Positions 29,560 to 39,755 of a stretch of 64,000 nt of DNA are shown here, in pieces. A program made the translations under genes and the position numbers. This DNA is from Dehalococcoidia bacterium. Its GTDB lineage: Bacteria > Chloroflexota > Dehalococcoidia > UBA2979. The notes below the pieces were generated by a model, which worked only from the letters and a program-made list of their open reading frames with translations, was not told the DNA's origin and made no database searches. The DNA lies in the NCBI GenBank assembly GCA_965226785.1, contig CBDDEC010000003.1, positions 387,205 through 451,204 of the forward strand, given 5' to 3'. How positions within the stretch are numbered: position 1 is the stretch's first letter; each line of letters begins with the position of its first letter.

Positions 29560-30882
29560 ATGCCTGCAGTCGTGGTGATCGGCGGCCAGTGGGGCGACGA
29601 GGGCAAGGGTCGCGTCGTCGACTTCCACTCGCGCTACTGCTCCGTGATCGCCCGCTACTCGGCAGGCACGAACGCGGGCCACACGATCGTCAACGAGCGG
29701 GGGAAGTTCCAGCTCCACCTCGTGCCCGCCGGCATCTTCCGCGAGGGCAAGACCTGCGTGATCGGCCACGGCGTCGTGATCGACCCGGACAAGCTGTTCG
29801 AGGAGATCGCGATGCTGTCCGAGCGCGGCGTGGACACGAGCCGGCTGCTCATCTCCGACCGCGCGCACCTGATCATGCCCTGGCACCCGATCATCGATCT
29901 CGCCGACGAGGAGATGCGCGGCGAACACGCGATCGGCACGACCGGCACCGGCACCGGCCCCGCCTTCCACGACAAGGTGCGCCGCAACGGCATCCGCGTC
30001 GCGGACATCCTCGACCGCAACGTCTTCGCGCGCCGGCTCGACGAGCTGCTCGGGTACCAGAACCGCGCCATTACCGAGCTGTACGGCAAACCGGCGCTGC
30101 AGATCGATGACATCTTCGAGCGCTACCTCGACTTCGGGAACAAGCTCCGTCCCTACGTCGCCGACACCATCTCGGCCGTCCAGGAGGCCCACGTCCGAGG
30201 GGAGCACATCCTGCTCGAAGGCGCGCAGGGGTCGCTGCTCGACCTCGACACTGGCACCTACCCGTACGTCACCTCGTCCGTCCCCGCCTCGGTGGCTGCA
30301 GGCGCGGCGATCGGCATCGGGCTCGGCCCGACGGCGATCGAGCGCGTGGTCGGCGTGTTCAAGGCGTACCAGACGCGCGTCGGCAACGGGCCGATGCCGA
30401 CAGAGCTGTTCGACGAGGACGGCGTCTCCCTCCGCGAAGGCGGTGGCGGTGTCCCCGGCACCGAGGAATACGGCACGACGACCGGCCGCCCGCGACGCAC
30501 CGGGTGGTTCGACGGCGTGCTCGCGCGCTACACCTCGCGGCTCAACGGCGTCACCTCGGTCGCCCTGACACGCCTCGACAGCCTCGCGGCGTTCGAGCGG
30601 GTGAAGATCTGCGTCGCCTACGAGCTGGACGATGAGCGCATCACGACGCTGCCGTCGACCCTGGAGGACGCGCAGCGCGCGACGCCGGTCTACGAGGAAC
30701 TCCCGGGCTGGCAGCAAGACGTGTCGCACGTGCGCACACTGGGCGACCTGCCGACCGAGGCGCGCCAGTTCGTGCGCCGCATCGAACAGATCGTGGAGGC
30801 GCAGATCGACATGATCTCGGTCGGTCCGGAACGCAACCAGGCGATCGTGACGCGCGACATCTTCGGCGCGTCGCTGTCGTAG
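29560..30882 (+). CDS. purA: Adenylosuccinate synthetase
   Basis: VVIGGQWGDEGKGRVVDF (P-loop), GTTGTGTGPAF, and full PurA length. Confidence 0.97.
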   Translation: MPAVVVIGGQWGDEGKGRVVDFHSRYCSVIARYSAGTNAGHTIVNERGKFQLHLVPAGIFREGKTCVIGHGVVIDPDKLFEEIAMLSERGVDTSRLLISDRAHLIMPWHPIIDLADEEMRGEHAIGTTGTGTGPAFHDKVRRNGIRVADILDRNVFARRLDELLGYQNRAITELYGKPALQIDDIFERYLDFGNKLRPYVADTISAVQEAHVRGEHILLEGAQGSLLDLDTGTYPYVTSSVPASVAAGAAIGIGLGPTAIERVVGVFKAYQTRVGNGPMPTELFDEDGVSLREGGGGVPGTEEYGTTTGRPRRTGWFDGVLARYTSRLNGVTSVALTRLDSLAAFERVKICVAYELDDERITTLPSTLEDAQRATPVYEELPGWQQDVSHVRTLGDLPTEARQFVRRIEQIVEAQIDMISVGPERNQAIVTRDIFGASLS

Positions 30883-30919
30883 CAGGGCAAGCGAAGGACA
30901 CACGCCGGAGAGGCGAAGC

Positions 30920-31444
30920 ATGGACACCATCTCGCTGATCATTCACGTCACCGCCGCGGCAGCGCTGGTCGGGCCGCAGGTGCTGCTGTTCCTGGCCGTC
31001 GTGCCCTCGACGTGGCTGATCGAGGACGAGCGCCTGCGGCGCAACGTGACGAGTGTGGTCGCGGCGCGCTTCGGGATGATCTCGGGCGTCGCGATCGTGG
31101 CGCTGCTGGCAACCGGGCTCTACCAGTTCTACCAGCTCGTCCCGGACATCATCCAGGACGACATCAACGAGTTCCGCTGGGGCCCGCTCTTCGTGGTGAA
31201 GATGACGCTGTTCACGATGCTGATCGTCCTCATCGCCGTCCACACGCTGGTCTTCGCACGTCGGATCCAACGCTGGAGCGACGCGGTCATCGCCGACCCG
31301 GACGACGAGGAAGCCGTGTGGCGCCTGGACCAGCAGCGCCGCCGGTCGTTCCTGATCTCACTCGCGATGATCCTCGTCTCGCTCACGACGTTGGCCCTTG
31401 GCGTGATGTTGGGGCACCACGAGTACTCCTATGTCCCCACCTAG
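30920..31444 (+). CDS. Integral membrane protein (4 TM), unknown function
   Basis: Hydrophobic helices with coding-type GC3. No family assigned. Confidence 0.55.
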   Translation: MDTISLIIHVTAAAALVGPQVLLFLAVVPSTWLIEDERLRRNVTSVVAARFGMISGVAIVALLATGLYQFYQLVPDIIQDDINEFRWGPLFVVKMTLFTMLIVLIAVHTLVFARRIQRWSDAVIADPDDEEAVWRLDQQRRRSFLISLAMILVSLTTLALGVMLGHHEYSYVPT

Positions 31445-31474
31445 CCCCTCCCAAACTGACGCGCCGCGCTGACG

Positions 31475-32044
31475 ATGCGCACGCTGCCCGACCTGCTCCG
31501 TGCGCCTTCCGGCCGGCCACTCGACGTGGTGTTCGCCGGCATCAACCCGGGCGAGCGCTCGGCGCAGCGTGGCCACTACTACGCACACCCCGGCAACGTG
31601 TTCTGGCGCGCCCTCGAGGCTTCGCCGCTCGCCTCCTCAACCCGGACCGAGGGCGGGCTAACCTTCGAGGATGATCGCGCGCTGCCCGACCGCCTCGGCA
31701 TCGGCTTCACCGATGTCGTAAAGCGGGTGGTGACCGACTCGACGGACGTGTCCACGGCGGAGCTGAGCGCCGCCGCGCCGCACTTCCGCCGGCGCATCGC
31801 CTACGCCAGCCCGCGCTGCGTCTGCTTCACAAGCACGCGCGCGTTCGGAGCGCTGTTCCCGGGCGCCTGGCGCGCCCGTGGCTGGGGTGTGCAAGGCGTC
31901 GCGCTCGAGGGCGCAGCGGTCTGGGTCATGCCCTCGACCTCGGGACGCGCTGCCGCCTACCGCAGCGAGGTCACGCGCGTCCTCGAGGAGCTCGCCGCGA
32001 GCCTCGGACGACGGGCACAGCCACCGCTGGAGGGCGTGGCGTGA
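31475..32044 (+). CDS. mug: G/U mismatch-specific uracil-DNA glycosylase (Mug/TDG family)
   Basis: VVFAGINPGERSAQRGHYYAHPGNVFW contains the family-defining GINPG motif. Confidence 0.8.
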   Translation: MRTLPDLLRAPSGRPLDVVFAGINPGERSAQRGHYYAHPGNVFWRALEASPLASSTRTEGGLTFEDDRALPDRLGIGFTDVVKRVVTDSTDVSTAELSAAAPHFRRRIAYASPRCVCFTSTRAFGALFPGAWRARGWGVQGVALEGAAVWVMPSTSGRAAAYRSEVTRVLEELAASLGRRAQPPLEGVA

Positions 32045-32610
32045 GCTTCCGCCGCGAGGATCAGTTTGTCCCCGGCGAGGAGGAACGCTTCCGCCCGGAC
32101 GACGGCTGCCCGCTGTTTAGCGAGCGGCTGGAGGATCATCTCGTCGCCTTCACGCGTGGCGAGCTGCCGAACCGCGGCCGCTTCTGCGGCCACTGCTACA
32201 CGCCGCTGGCCGGCGACTCGAAGCGCTGCCCGCACTGCGGCGAGGAGACATCGGCGCGCCCGCCCACCGACCGCGTACCCGACGCGATCGTCGAGGTGCT
32301 GCGCCGCCAGCGAAGCACGGAGGCACGCTGGGTCAACGGCTTCGCCTACCTCGGCCTGCTGATCGCGGTGGTCGGCGGGATCTCGCTGGTGCTGGTCATC
32401 CCGTTCTTCAAGGACAACCTGATCTGGGCCACGATCTTCTACGGCCTGATCCTCTTGATCGGCGGCCGCAGCCTCGCGGGCGTCCTCGGCGGGTACTACG
32501 GCGACCGCATCGGCTACGAACGCGCCCGCACCGCCACCCGCGCGGCGTGGGACGACTGGCTCGCAACGCGAGACGAACCGAGCAACGTTCGCGAGGAACG
32601 CTCGAGCTAG
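32041..32610 (+). CDS. Zinc-ribbon membrane protein, unknown function
   Basis: CGHCYTPL ... CPHCGEE zinc-ribbon, followed by two TM helices. Overlaps the mug stop by 4 bp. Confidence 0.55.
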   Translation: MSFRREDQFVPGEEERFRPDDGCPLFSERLEDHLVAFTRGELPNRGRFCGHCYTPLAGDSKRCPHCGEETSARPPTDRVPDAIVEVLRRQRSTEARWVNGFAYLGLLIAVVGGISLVLVIPFFKDNLIWATIFYGLILLIGGRSLAGVLGGYYGDRIGYERARTATRAAWDDWLATRDEPSNVREERSS

Positions 32611-33524
32611 ACGCTCGCGGTCACCGGCAGGTCGATCTGCGCGACCTCAAGGACGGCGCGGACCGTGGCGCGGGCTGCCTCAGTCGCCGGGAGCAGCGGG
32701 AGTCGCGGCTCACCGACGGCGAAGCCGACCTCGTTCAGCGCGAACTTCAGCGGCGTCGGGTTGGACTCGCAGAAGAGCGCGTCGACCAGCGGCGTCAGCG
32801 CGTGGTGGATGCCGGCCGCCGTGTCGTTCGAGCCGGCCACGCACGCCGAGATCATCTCGCGGATCTGCGTGCCGACGAGGTGGGCCGCCACCGAGACCAC
32901 GCCGTGGCCGCCCAGCGCCAGCACCGGCAGTGTGTCAGCGTCGTTGCCGGACCAAACCTGGAAGCCCTCTGGCGCGTTGTCGATGATGACGTCGATCTGC
33001 GCGAGGTCGCCGCTAGCCTCCTTGATGCCGCAGATGCGCGGGTGCTGCGCCAGCTCCAGTGTGGTCTCCGCGGTCATGTTGAGCGAAGTCCGCCCGGGAA
33101 TGTTGTAGAGCATCCCCGGCAGCGACGTGGCATCAGCGATGGCCGTGAAGTGCGCGACCAGGCCCGCCTGCGTCGGCTTGTTGTAGGCCGGTACGGTCAT
33201 CAGCACGGCGTCGAGACCGAGCCGTTCCGCCTCCTGGGAGAGCGCGATCGAGTGTGCGGTGTCGTTGTTCGTCGCACCGGCGATCACAGCGACGTTCGCG
33301 CCGACCGCCTCGTTGATGGTGCGCCAGACCTCGACGGTCTCATCGTCCGACAGCGTCGCGCCCTCGCCGGTGGATCCGGTGGCGACGATGCTCTCCGTGC
33401 CGGAGGCGACGAGCGCGCGCGCCAGTTCGGCAGTCGTCTCCAGGTCGACCGCACCATCGGCGCGGAAGGGGGTGATCATTGCGGTGCAGAGTCGCCCGAT
33501 GGCGGCCCGGTTGGTGTCAGTCAT
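32607..33524 (-). CDS. dapA: 4-hydroxy-tetrahydrodipicolinate synthase
   Basis: TPFRADGAVDLETTAELARALVASGTESIVATGSTGE ... Schiff-base Lys region (GIKEASGD). Confidence 0.92.
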   Translation of the reverse strand: MTDTNRAAIGRLCTAMITPFRADGAVDLETTAELARALVASGTESIVATGSTGEGATLSDDETVEVWRTINEAVGANVAVIAGATNNDTAHSIALSQEAERLGLDAVLMTVPAYNKPTQAGLVAHFTAIADATSLPGMLYNIPGRTSLNMTAETTLELAQHPRICGIKEASGDLAQIDVIIDNAPEGFQVWSGNDADTLPVLALGGHGVVSVAAHLVGTQIREMISACVAGSNDTAAGIHHALTPLVDALFCESNPTPLKFALNEVGFAVGEPRLPLLPATEAARATVRAVLEVAQIDLPVTASV

Positions 33525-33651
33525 CTGGTCCTCCGCTCCGGCCGGGTGGAGCGTGCGTGCTATCGGCGGCGGGGGTCGAGGCGCCGCATGCCTCGCTTCG
33601 CCGGTCGAGCCCTCGAGGGCGCACGAAGCGCCCGATCGAGGATTCGAGTCC

Positions 33652-34740
33652 CTACAGTTTGCCTCGTCGGATCAAGTCCTCGGCGATTTGAATCGCATTG
33701 GTCGCTGCGCCCTTACGCAGATTGTCCGTCACGCACCAGAATACGGCTCCGTGCTCGACCGACGGATCGATGCGCAGGCGCGACACGAACGTGGCGTCTT
33801 CGCCCTCCGCCTGGATCGGCGTCGAGTAGGTATTGCTGGCCGGATCGTCCATCAGTTCGACGCCCGCCTGCGCCTCCAGCGCCTCGCGCAGCTGCGCCAG
33901 CGGGGCCTCCGAGGCGAATTCGACGTGCACCGCCTCCGCATGGCCCACGAACGTCGGCACACGCACACAGGTCGAGGCGAACCGCAGATCCTCGAGGTGG
34001 AGGATCTTGCGCGTCTCGTTGCGCATCTTCACCTCCTCCTTCGTGAACCCGTCCTCGGTGAAGTCATCGACGTGCGGGAGCACGTTGAGGGCGATCTGCT
34101 GCGGGTAGACCTCGGCGGGCGGCGGGTTCTCGCCGCGCCCGAGCGCGTGCAGCTGGTCGGAGAGCTCGTCGACCGCGGCGCTGCCGGTGCCCGACACGGC
34201 CTGGTACGTCGAGGCCACGACACGGGCGAGCGGCGCCACCTGGCGCATCGCGTGCAGCGCCATCACCAGCGGCGTCGTGGTGCAGTTCGGGATCGAGATG
34301 ATGCCCTCGTGCCACTCGACGTCGTCGCCATTGATCTCGGGCACGACGAGCGGGACGTTGGGCTCCATGCGAAACGCCGAGCCATCATCGATCATCAGCG
34401 CGCCGCGCTCGCGCAGCCATGGCCCCCAGTGCCTTGAGGCCTCCGCGGTGGCGGAGCAGAACACGAGGTCCGCGCCGGCGAGGGTCTCTTCGGACGTCAC
34501 CTCGGCGACATAGCTGCGGCCCTGGAACTGCATGACCTTCCCGGCCGAACGCTCCGTGGCGAGCAGCTTCAGCTCACCGATCGGAAAATCACGCTCCTCG
34601 GCGACGCGGAGGAAGACCTCCCCGACGGCGCCCGTGGCTCCAATGACGGCGACATTCAACGACACAGCACGTGCTCCGCACTCGATCGAAACTGGACAAT
34701 CGATGATACGCACGCCCTCGGCGCGCGGCGAGGGGGCCAA
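33652..34740 (-). CDS. asd: Aspartate-semialdehyde dehydrogenase
   Basis: NVAVIGATGAVGEVFL Rossmann motif, catalytic Cys (IPNCTT), about 360 aa. Confidence 0.95.
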   Translation of the reverse strand: MAPSPRAEGVRIIDCPVSIECGARAVSLNVAVIGATGAVGEVFLRVAEERDFPIGELKLLATERSAGKVMQFQGRSYVAEVTSEETLAGADLVFCSATAEASRHWGPWLRERGALMIDDGSAFRMEPNVPLVVPEINGDDVEWHEGIISIPNCTTTPLVMALHAMRQVAPLARVVASTYQAVSGTGSAAVDELSDQLHALGRGENPPPAEVYPQQIALNVLPHVDDFTEDGFTKEEVKMRNETRKILHLEDLRFASTCVRVPTFVGHAEAVHVEFASEAPLAQLREALEAQAGVELMDDPASNTYSTPIQAEGEDATFVSRLRIDPSVEHGAVFWCVTDNLRKGAATNAIQIAEDLIRRGKL

Positions 34741-34751
34741 TCGCGCGGCGG

Positions 34752-35546
34752 CTAGTCCCCCAGCCCCACGAGGGCGGCGAGGCCAACCACCAGCTCGCTG
34801 CGCTGCATCACCTCGCGGACGGCGAGGAGGACGCCCGGCATGAAGCTGTCGCGGCCGGTCGAGTCGTGGCGGAGCGTCAGCGTCTGCCCGAGGCCGCCGA
34901 ACAGGATCTGCTGGTGGGCGACGAGGCCGGGAAGCCGCACGGAATGCAGCGGGACACCGCCCAGGTGTGCGCCACGGCCACCCTCGATCGTTTCGCTCTC
35001 CGGGACGTTCATCTCGAAGTCGGAGCCGCGGGCCTCGCGCATGAGGCGAGCCGTCTCGACAGCGGTGCCGCTCGGGGCGTCGACTTTGCCGTCGTGGTGC
35101 ATCTCGATCACCTCGGCGGCGTCGAAGTAGCGCGCAGCGATCGTCGCGAGGTGCATCTGCACAACGGCGCCGATCGCGAAGTTGGCGGCCACGACGGCGC
35201 CACGACCGGCCTCGGCGCTGCCGGCACGCAGGCGCTCGACGGTGCTGTCCTCGACGCCCGAGGTGCCGATCACCGGCCGCACGCTGTGCGCCAGGCAGGC
35301 CTCGACGAGCGCCGGCACGGCCGCTGCGTTCGTGAAGTCGACGATGACATCGGGGTTGGTTGATTCGAAGAGGGCGGCCGCGTCTCCGGACAGCGGGTAG
35401 CTGACCCCACTGGCCGCCTCGAGCGTATCGCTGCCGGCGCCTGCTGGTTCGAGCACGCCGACCGGCTCGATGTCGTCGGTGGCCTCGAGGGTGGCAAGCA
35501 CGAGCGTGCCCATCGACCCGGTGCCGCTGACCGCTGCTCGGATCAT
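34752..35546 (-). CDS. dapB: 4-hydroxy-tetrahydrodipicolinate reductase
   Basis: MIRAAVSGTGSMG N-terminus. DapB-specific EMHHDGKVDAPSGTA motif (E(L/I)HHxxKxDxPSGTA). Confidence 0.9.
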   Translation of the reverse strand: MIRAAVSGTGSMGTLVLATLEATDDIEPVGVLEPAGAGSDTLEAASGVSYPLSGDAAALFESTNPDVIVDFTNAAAVPALVEACLAHSVRPVIGTSGVEDSTVERLRAGSAEAGRGAVVAANFAIGAVVQMHLATIAARYFDAAEVIEMHHDGKVDAPSGTAVETARLMREARGSDFEMNVPESETIEGGRGAHLGGVPLHSVRLPGLVAHQQILFGGLGQTLTLRHDSTGRDSFMPGVLLAVREVMQRSELVVGLAALVGLGD

Positions 35547-35599
35547 GGGGTCACCTCGATCGGCTGCTCGATCGGTTGCTCGAGAGGTTGATAGACGGA

Positions 35600-35629
35600 G
35601 ACGCCGCCGGGGCTATCCTCGGCGGCGTC
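35600..35629. terminator. GC-rich hairpin between pnp (upstream on minus strand) and dapB
   Basis: gacgccgccg-N10-cggcggcgtc, a perfect 10-bp stem. No clear U-tract on the minus strand. Plus strand follows with tctgtgtgtgtt. Confidence 0.35.
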
Positions 35630-35687
35630 TCTGTGTGTGTTCCAGTGCACCGCTTGCTGCGTCCGCGGCTCGGACACAGCGTGGTGA

Positions 35688-38222
35688 CTACCAGCGGCGT
35701 CCACCGCCGCCGCGCGAGGAGCGCTCCCGCGAGCCGCCGCGGCCGCTGTCGCCACCGCCGCCGTCGCTGCTGCCGCCGCTGCTGCCACCGTCGCTGCTAC
35801 CGCTGCTGCTGCCGCCACGGTCACTGCTGCCGCTGCTGCCGCTGCTACCGCTGTCACGGCTGCTACCGCCGCTGTCGCGACCGCCGTAGCCACCGCGGCT
35901 GCCGCCATCGCGACCACCGTCTCGGCCGCGACCGCCGCCACCGCCGCCGCCGTTGCGACCACCACGGCCACCGTCACGACCACCGCCGCCACGACCGCCA
36001 CGGCCACCGTCACGACCGCCGCCGTCACGACCGCCGCCGCCGCTGCGAACCTCGCGGTCGCCGCCGCCGGAGCGCGCGCCCTCGGCGCTGGCCGTCTCGT
36101 CGTCGCTCATGCCGACCGAACCGTCGCCCTCGGTGCCGCGCATACTGAGGTTGACGCGACCAAGGTTGTCGATCTCGATCACGCGCACCGTGACCGAGTC
36201 GCCGATGTCGACGACATCCTCGACGCGGTCCACACGCCCCTCGGCCAGCTCGGAGATGTGCACCATCCCGTCCTTGCCCGGAAGGATCTCGACGAAGGCG
36301 CCGAAGGACATGATGCGAGAGACGGGGCCGGTGTAGACCTCGCCGATCTCGATCTCCTTCGTCAGGCCCTCGATGTGGGCGACGGCCTGCGTCACGGAGT
36401 CAGCCTCCGTGCCGCCGACGTAAATCGTGCCGTCCTCCTCGACGTCGATGGTGGCGCCGGTCTCCTCGATGATGCCGTTTATCACGCGGCCGCCTGGGCC
36501 GATCACAGCACCGATCTTCTCGGGGTTGATCTTGATGATCGTGATCTTCGGCGCGTAGCGACCGACCTCCTCGCGAGGCTCGTCGATCGCCGCCTGCATC
36601 ACCTCGAGGATCTCCAGCCGCGCCGTGCGGGCGCGGTCGAACACCTCGGTCATGAACGAATCGGGCAGCTGCGGCAACTTGATGTCGAGCTGCACCGCCG
36701 TCACGCCCTTCTCGGTGCCGGCGACCTTGAAGTCCATGTCGCCGAAGGCATCTTCGATGCCCGCGATGTCGGTGAGGATCTTGTATTCACTGGCGTCCGC
36801 GTTCGTGACGAGGCCCATCGCGATGCCCGCGACCGGCGCCGAAATCGGCACACCCGCGTCCATCAGCGCCAGCGTCGAACCGCAGATGCTCCCCTGCGAG
36901 GTCGAGCCGTTCGAGCTCAGCGCGTCCGACACGATACGGATCGTGTACGGGAACGCGTCGAGGTCCGGCAGCACCGCCGCCAGGGCCTTCTCGCCCAGCA
37001 TCCCATGGCCGATCTCGCGTCGCCCGGGCCCGCGCAGGAAGCGCGCCTCCCCGACCGAGAACGGCGGGAAGTTGTAGTGGTGCATGAAGCGCTTCCACTC
37101 GGTCGGGTTGATGTCGTCCAGACGCTGCCGGTCGCGGATCGCGCCCAGCGTCACCACCGAGAGGATCTGCGTCTCGCCGCGCTCGAAGAGACCGCTGCCG
37201 TGGACGCGGGGGAGGATGCCCACCTGCGACCCCAGCTGGCGAATCTGGTCCGGCTCACGGCCGTCGGCGCGCTTGTTCTCCTCGAGGAGTCGCGCGCGCA
37301 CGAGACGCTTCAGCGCGTTGTCGATCTCAGAGCGGACGCCGCGAGCTTCGAACAGCGGCTCCCCCTCGTCGTCGACCAGCTCGGCCGACGCCCGCAGTGC
37401 GAGGTTGTCGATGCCGCGGAAGCCTTCGCCCTGGATCGCCTCGAAGGCCTCGTCGCCGAGGTCCGCCAGGAACTGCTCGCAGGCAGCCACGAGGTCAGAG
37501 TCCGGGCCGTCCGACGGCACGTACTCGAGCTTCTCGGCGCCCAGCGCCTCGATCACTTCGCGCTGCAGCGAGTTGAGCTCACGGCAGATGCCCTCCGCGT
37601 AGGCGAGCGCGTCGATCAGCTCGTCCTCCGGGATCTCCTTCGCACCGGCCTCGATCATCACGATCGAGTCATCGGTGGCCGCGACCGTCAGGTCGAGGTC
37701 GGACTCGGCGCGCTGCGAGTACGTCGGGAAGGCGATCAGCTCGCCGTCGATGCGGCCGACGTTGACCGACGACACCGGGCCCTCGAAGGGGAGGGGGGAC
37801 ATGTTGATGACCGTCGAGGCGCCGGTGGTGGCCAGCGAGTCGGCGGGGTGCTCACGGTCGGACGAGAGCACGGTGCAAACGACCTGCACCTCCCGCTTGT
37901 AGCCCTTCGGGAAGAGCGGGCGGATCGGGCGGTCGGTCATGCGGGCGGCCAGCGTGGCATCGGTGCCGGGCCGGCCCTCGCGGCGGAAGAACGAGCCGGG
38001 GATCTTCCCGATCGCGTACATCCGCTCTTCGAAGTCGATGGTGAGCGGGAAAAAGTCGATTCCCGTTCGGGGCTCGCCGTCGCAGACCGTCACGAGCAGG
38101 ACCGTGTCGCCGTAGCGCATGGTCACCGCCGCGAGGGCGTTGGGGGCGAGGGTGCCAGCCGAGATCTCGTAGGTTTCGCCTTCGATCTCACGGCTGAAGG
38201 TATGTGTCTGACCTGCTGTCAC
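35688..38222 (-). CDS. pnp: Polynucleotide phosphorylase with a long Gly/Arg/Ser-rich C-terminal extension
   Basis: Conserved PNPase core ([29 protein letters not shown] ... two RNase PH domains, KH and S1). Followed by a roughly 125-aa tail of GGR/GGRD/SGSS repeats (longer if the flanking basic low-complexity stretch is counted). GTG start at 38222 with a GGAGA RBS chosen. The ORF-track start at 38390 would abolish the rpsO-pnp leader. Confidence 0.9.
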   Translation of the reverse strand: MTAGQTHTFSREIEGETYEISAGTLAPNALAAVTMRYGDTVLLVTVCDGEPRTGIDFFPLTIDFEERMYAIGKIPGSFFRREGRPGTDATLAARMTDRPIRPLFPKGYKREVQVVCTVLSSDREHPADSLATTGASTVINMSPLPFEGPVSSVNVGRIDGELIAFPTYSQRAESDLDLTVAATDDSIVMIEAGAKEIPEDELIDALAYAEGICRELNSLQREVIEALGAEKLEYVPSDGPDSDLVAACEQFLADLGDEAFEAIQGEGFRGIDNLALRASAELVDDEGEPLFEARGVRSEIDNALKRLVRARLLEENKRADGREPDQIRQLGSQVGILPRVHGSGLFERGETQILSVVTLGAIRDRQRLDDINPTEWKRFMHHYNFPPFSVGEARFLRGPGRREIGHGMLGEKALAAVLPDLDAFPYTIRIVSDALSSNGSTSQGSICGSTLALMDAGVPISAPVAGIAMGLVTNADASEYKILTDIAGIEDAFGDMDFKVAGTEKGVTAVQLDIKLPQLPDSFMTEVFDRARTARLEILEVMQAAIDEPREEVGRYAPKITIIKINPEKIGAVIGPGGRVINGIIEETGATIDVEEDGTIYVGGTEADSVTQAVAHIEGLTKEIEIGEVYTGPVSRIMSFGAFVEILPGKDGMVHISELAEGRVDRVEDVVDIGDSVTVRVIEIDNLGRVNLSMRGTEGDGSVGMSDDETASAEGARSGGGDREVRSGGGGRDGGGRDGGRGGRGGGGRDGGRGGRNGGGGGGGRGRDGGRDGGSRGGYGGRDSGGSSRDSGSSGSSGSSDRGGSSSGSSDGGSSGGSSDGGGGDSGRGGSRERSSRGGGGRRW
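35700..36110. repeat. Low-complexity GC-rich triplet-repeat DNA (encodes the RGG/SG tail of PNPase)
   Basis: Repeated gccgcc/gccacc/gctgct codon units. Generates long spurious ORFs in other frames (35543..36028 -, 35576..36148 +). Confidence 0.6.
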
Positions 38223-38404
38223 AGTGTCTCCATCTCTGGAGAGCCGCAGCCTGCGCCCTGGGGGCGACGGGGTACGGGATCTCCTTCTGGGTGGTCCGCA
38301 GCGCGGACGCACGGATGCGTTTCGGCTGAGCCGCGTTCTGAGGATCCTCGAGGTCCGTACGACGGCCACGCTCCGATCGGAGCGAGCCACGAAGCAGGGC
38401 TGCG

Positions 38405-38674
38405 CTAGCGGCGCAGCCCCAGGGCCTCGATCAGCTCGTGGTAGCGATCGACGTCGGTGCGGCTGAGATACCGCAACTGTCGACGGCGCTGGCCGACGAG
38501 CTTGAGCAGCCCTCGCCGGGTGGCGAAGTCGTGCTTGTGCTCTCTGAGGTGATCGGTGAGACGTACGATGCGATCAGTCAGCAGCGCGACCTGGACCTCG
38601 GGCGAACCCGTGTCTCCGTCGTGCTGCTTGAACTGCTCGATGATCTCGTGCTTGCGTTCAGCGGTTTGCATCAA
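38405..38674 (-). CDS. rpsO: 30S ribosomal protein S15
   Basis: [70 protein letters not shown] is full-length S15. Confidence 0.95.
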   Translation of the reverse strand: MMQTAERKHEIIEQFKQHDGDTGSPEVQVALLTDRIVRLTDHLREHKHDFATRRGLLKLVGQRRRQLRYLSRTDVDRYHELIEALGLRR

Positions 38675-38940
38675 GTGCGTATCGGTTCCGGTTTGCTTTC
38701 CCCATACAACTCAATACCACGCTCTCCGGGCGAGCCGCATCATTCTCGGCGGCTGGCCGGTCGGGTCCTGCGATGTACCTGTAGAGGCGTCGATGGATCC
38801 GTGGCGTGGGTTCCCGGCAAATCACTTGCGTCCGCCAGGTGAATCCAAGCTAGCATAGGCCCAGATCGCGGGCAATGAGCCGGCGAAGCCCCGCCAGCAA
38901 GCCACCTGACACCAGTCTGACCTCGATCGAGGGCCCCACC

Positions 38941-39723
38941 ATGCCGTCGACCTCGACCGCCCGCGTCACCGTCATCACGGACGCCGATGCGAGCGTCCCG
39001 CGCGACCTCGCAGAGGCCGCCGGGCTCGTCGTCGCGCCCCCCGATGCGCCGCTGCTCGAGGAGCTCGAAACGCTACCACAGCTCACACTCGAGGCTGGTG
39101 TGCAGGACGCCGCTCCGCTGCTCGAGGCCGCACGCGCGGCCGCCGGTGACGACGGCGCAGCGGTGTACCTCCCGCTCGGTGACGGCTACGGCTCGCCGGA
39201 GGGCATCGGGGCCGCGCTCGCTCCGCTCGGCGTCGAGGTGCTGCCGCCGGGCGGCGCGCTCATGGCCGGCGGCTGGAGCGCCCTCGCAGCGGCGCGCGTG
39301 GCCAGCGAGGGCGCATCGATCGAGAAGGTGCGTGCCGCCGCCGCCAACGCCGCCGAACGCGCCGACAGCGTGCTGTTGCTGGAGTATCCGGAGCTGGCTG
39401 GCGTCACTGGCGGATCGCCGATGGCCGTGCGCTGGCGCGCGGTCGTACGACCGCGCGGCGAGAAGCTGTCGCTCGTCGCTGGCTACGACGAGCGCCCGCA
39501 GGCGATCGGCGCGCTCCTCGACGCCGCGCTCGAGGCCTGCGGAGGACGCGATGAGCTGCGCCTGGCGGTCCATCACGCCTCGGCGGCCGCGCCCGCGGAG
39601 GCACTCGTGCGCTGGGCCGAACGCGAACTGTCGCCAGCCGAACTGGTGCTCGCGCCGATCACGCGCCACGCCGCGACACGCTTCGGCCCGAGGATGCTCG
39701 GACTGGCGTGGACCTCGGCGTAA
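38941..39723 (+). CDS. DegV-family (fatty-acid-binding) protein, divergent member
   Basis: RVTVITDADASVPRDLAEAAGLVVAPP matches the DegV N-terminal pattern (IAIVTDSTADLP ...). Internal ATG at 38941 chosen. Assignment is moderate. Confidence 0.55.
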   Translation: MPSTSTARVTVITDADASVPRDLAEAAGLVVAPPDAPLLEELETLPQLTLEAGVQDAAPLLEAARAAAGDDGAAVYLPLGDGYGSPEGIGAALAPLGVEVLPPGGALMAGGWSALAAARVASEGASIEKVRAAAANAAERADSVLLLEYPELAGVTGGSPMAVRWRAVVRPRGEKLSLVAGYDERPQAIGALLDAALEACGGRDELRLAVHHASAAAPAEALVRWAERELSPAELVLAPITRHAATRFGPRMLGLAWTSA

Positions 39724-39755
39724 CGAAGGCGGGAGGCGATGCTCTGCGGTGTTAG

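Noticed and set aside
35543-36148. His/Arg/Cys-rich and poly-Ala/Val ORFs (35576..36148 +, 35543..36028 -) over the GC triplet-repeat
   Set aside because: They are alternative-frame readings of the repeat DNA that encodes the PNPase RGG tail.
36258-38408. 716-aa plus-strand ORF antisense to pnp
   Set aside because: It is a shadow ORF. pnp on the opposite strand has unmistakable homology.
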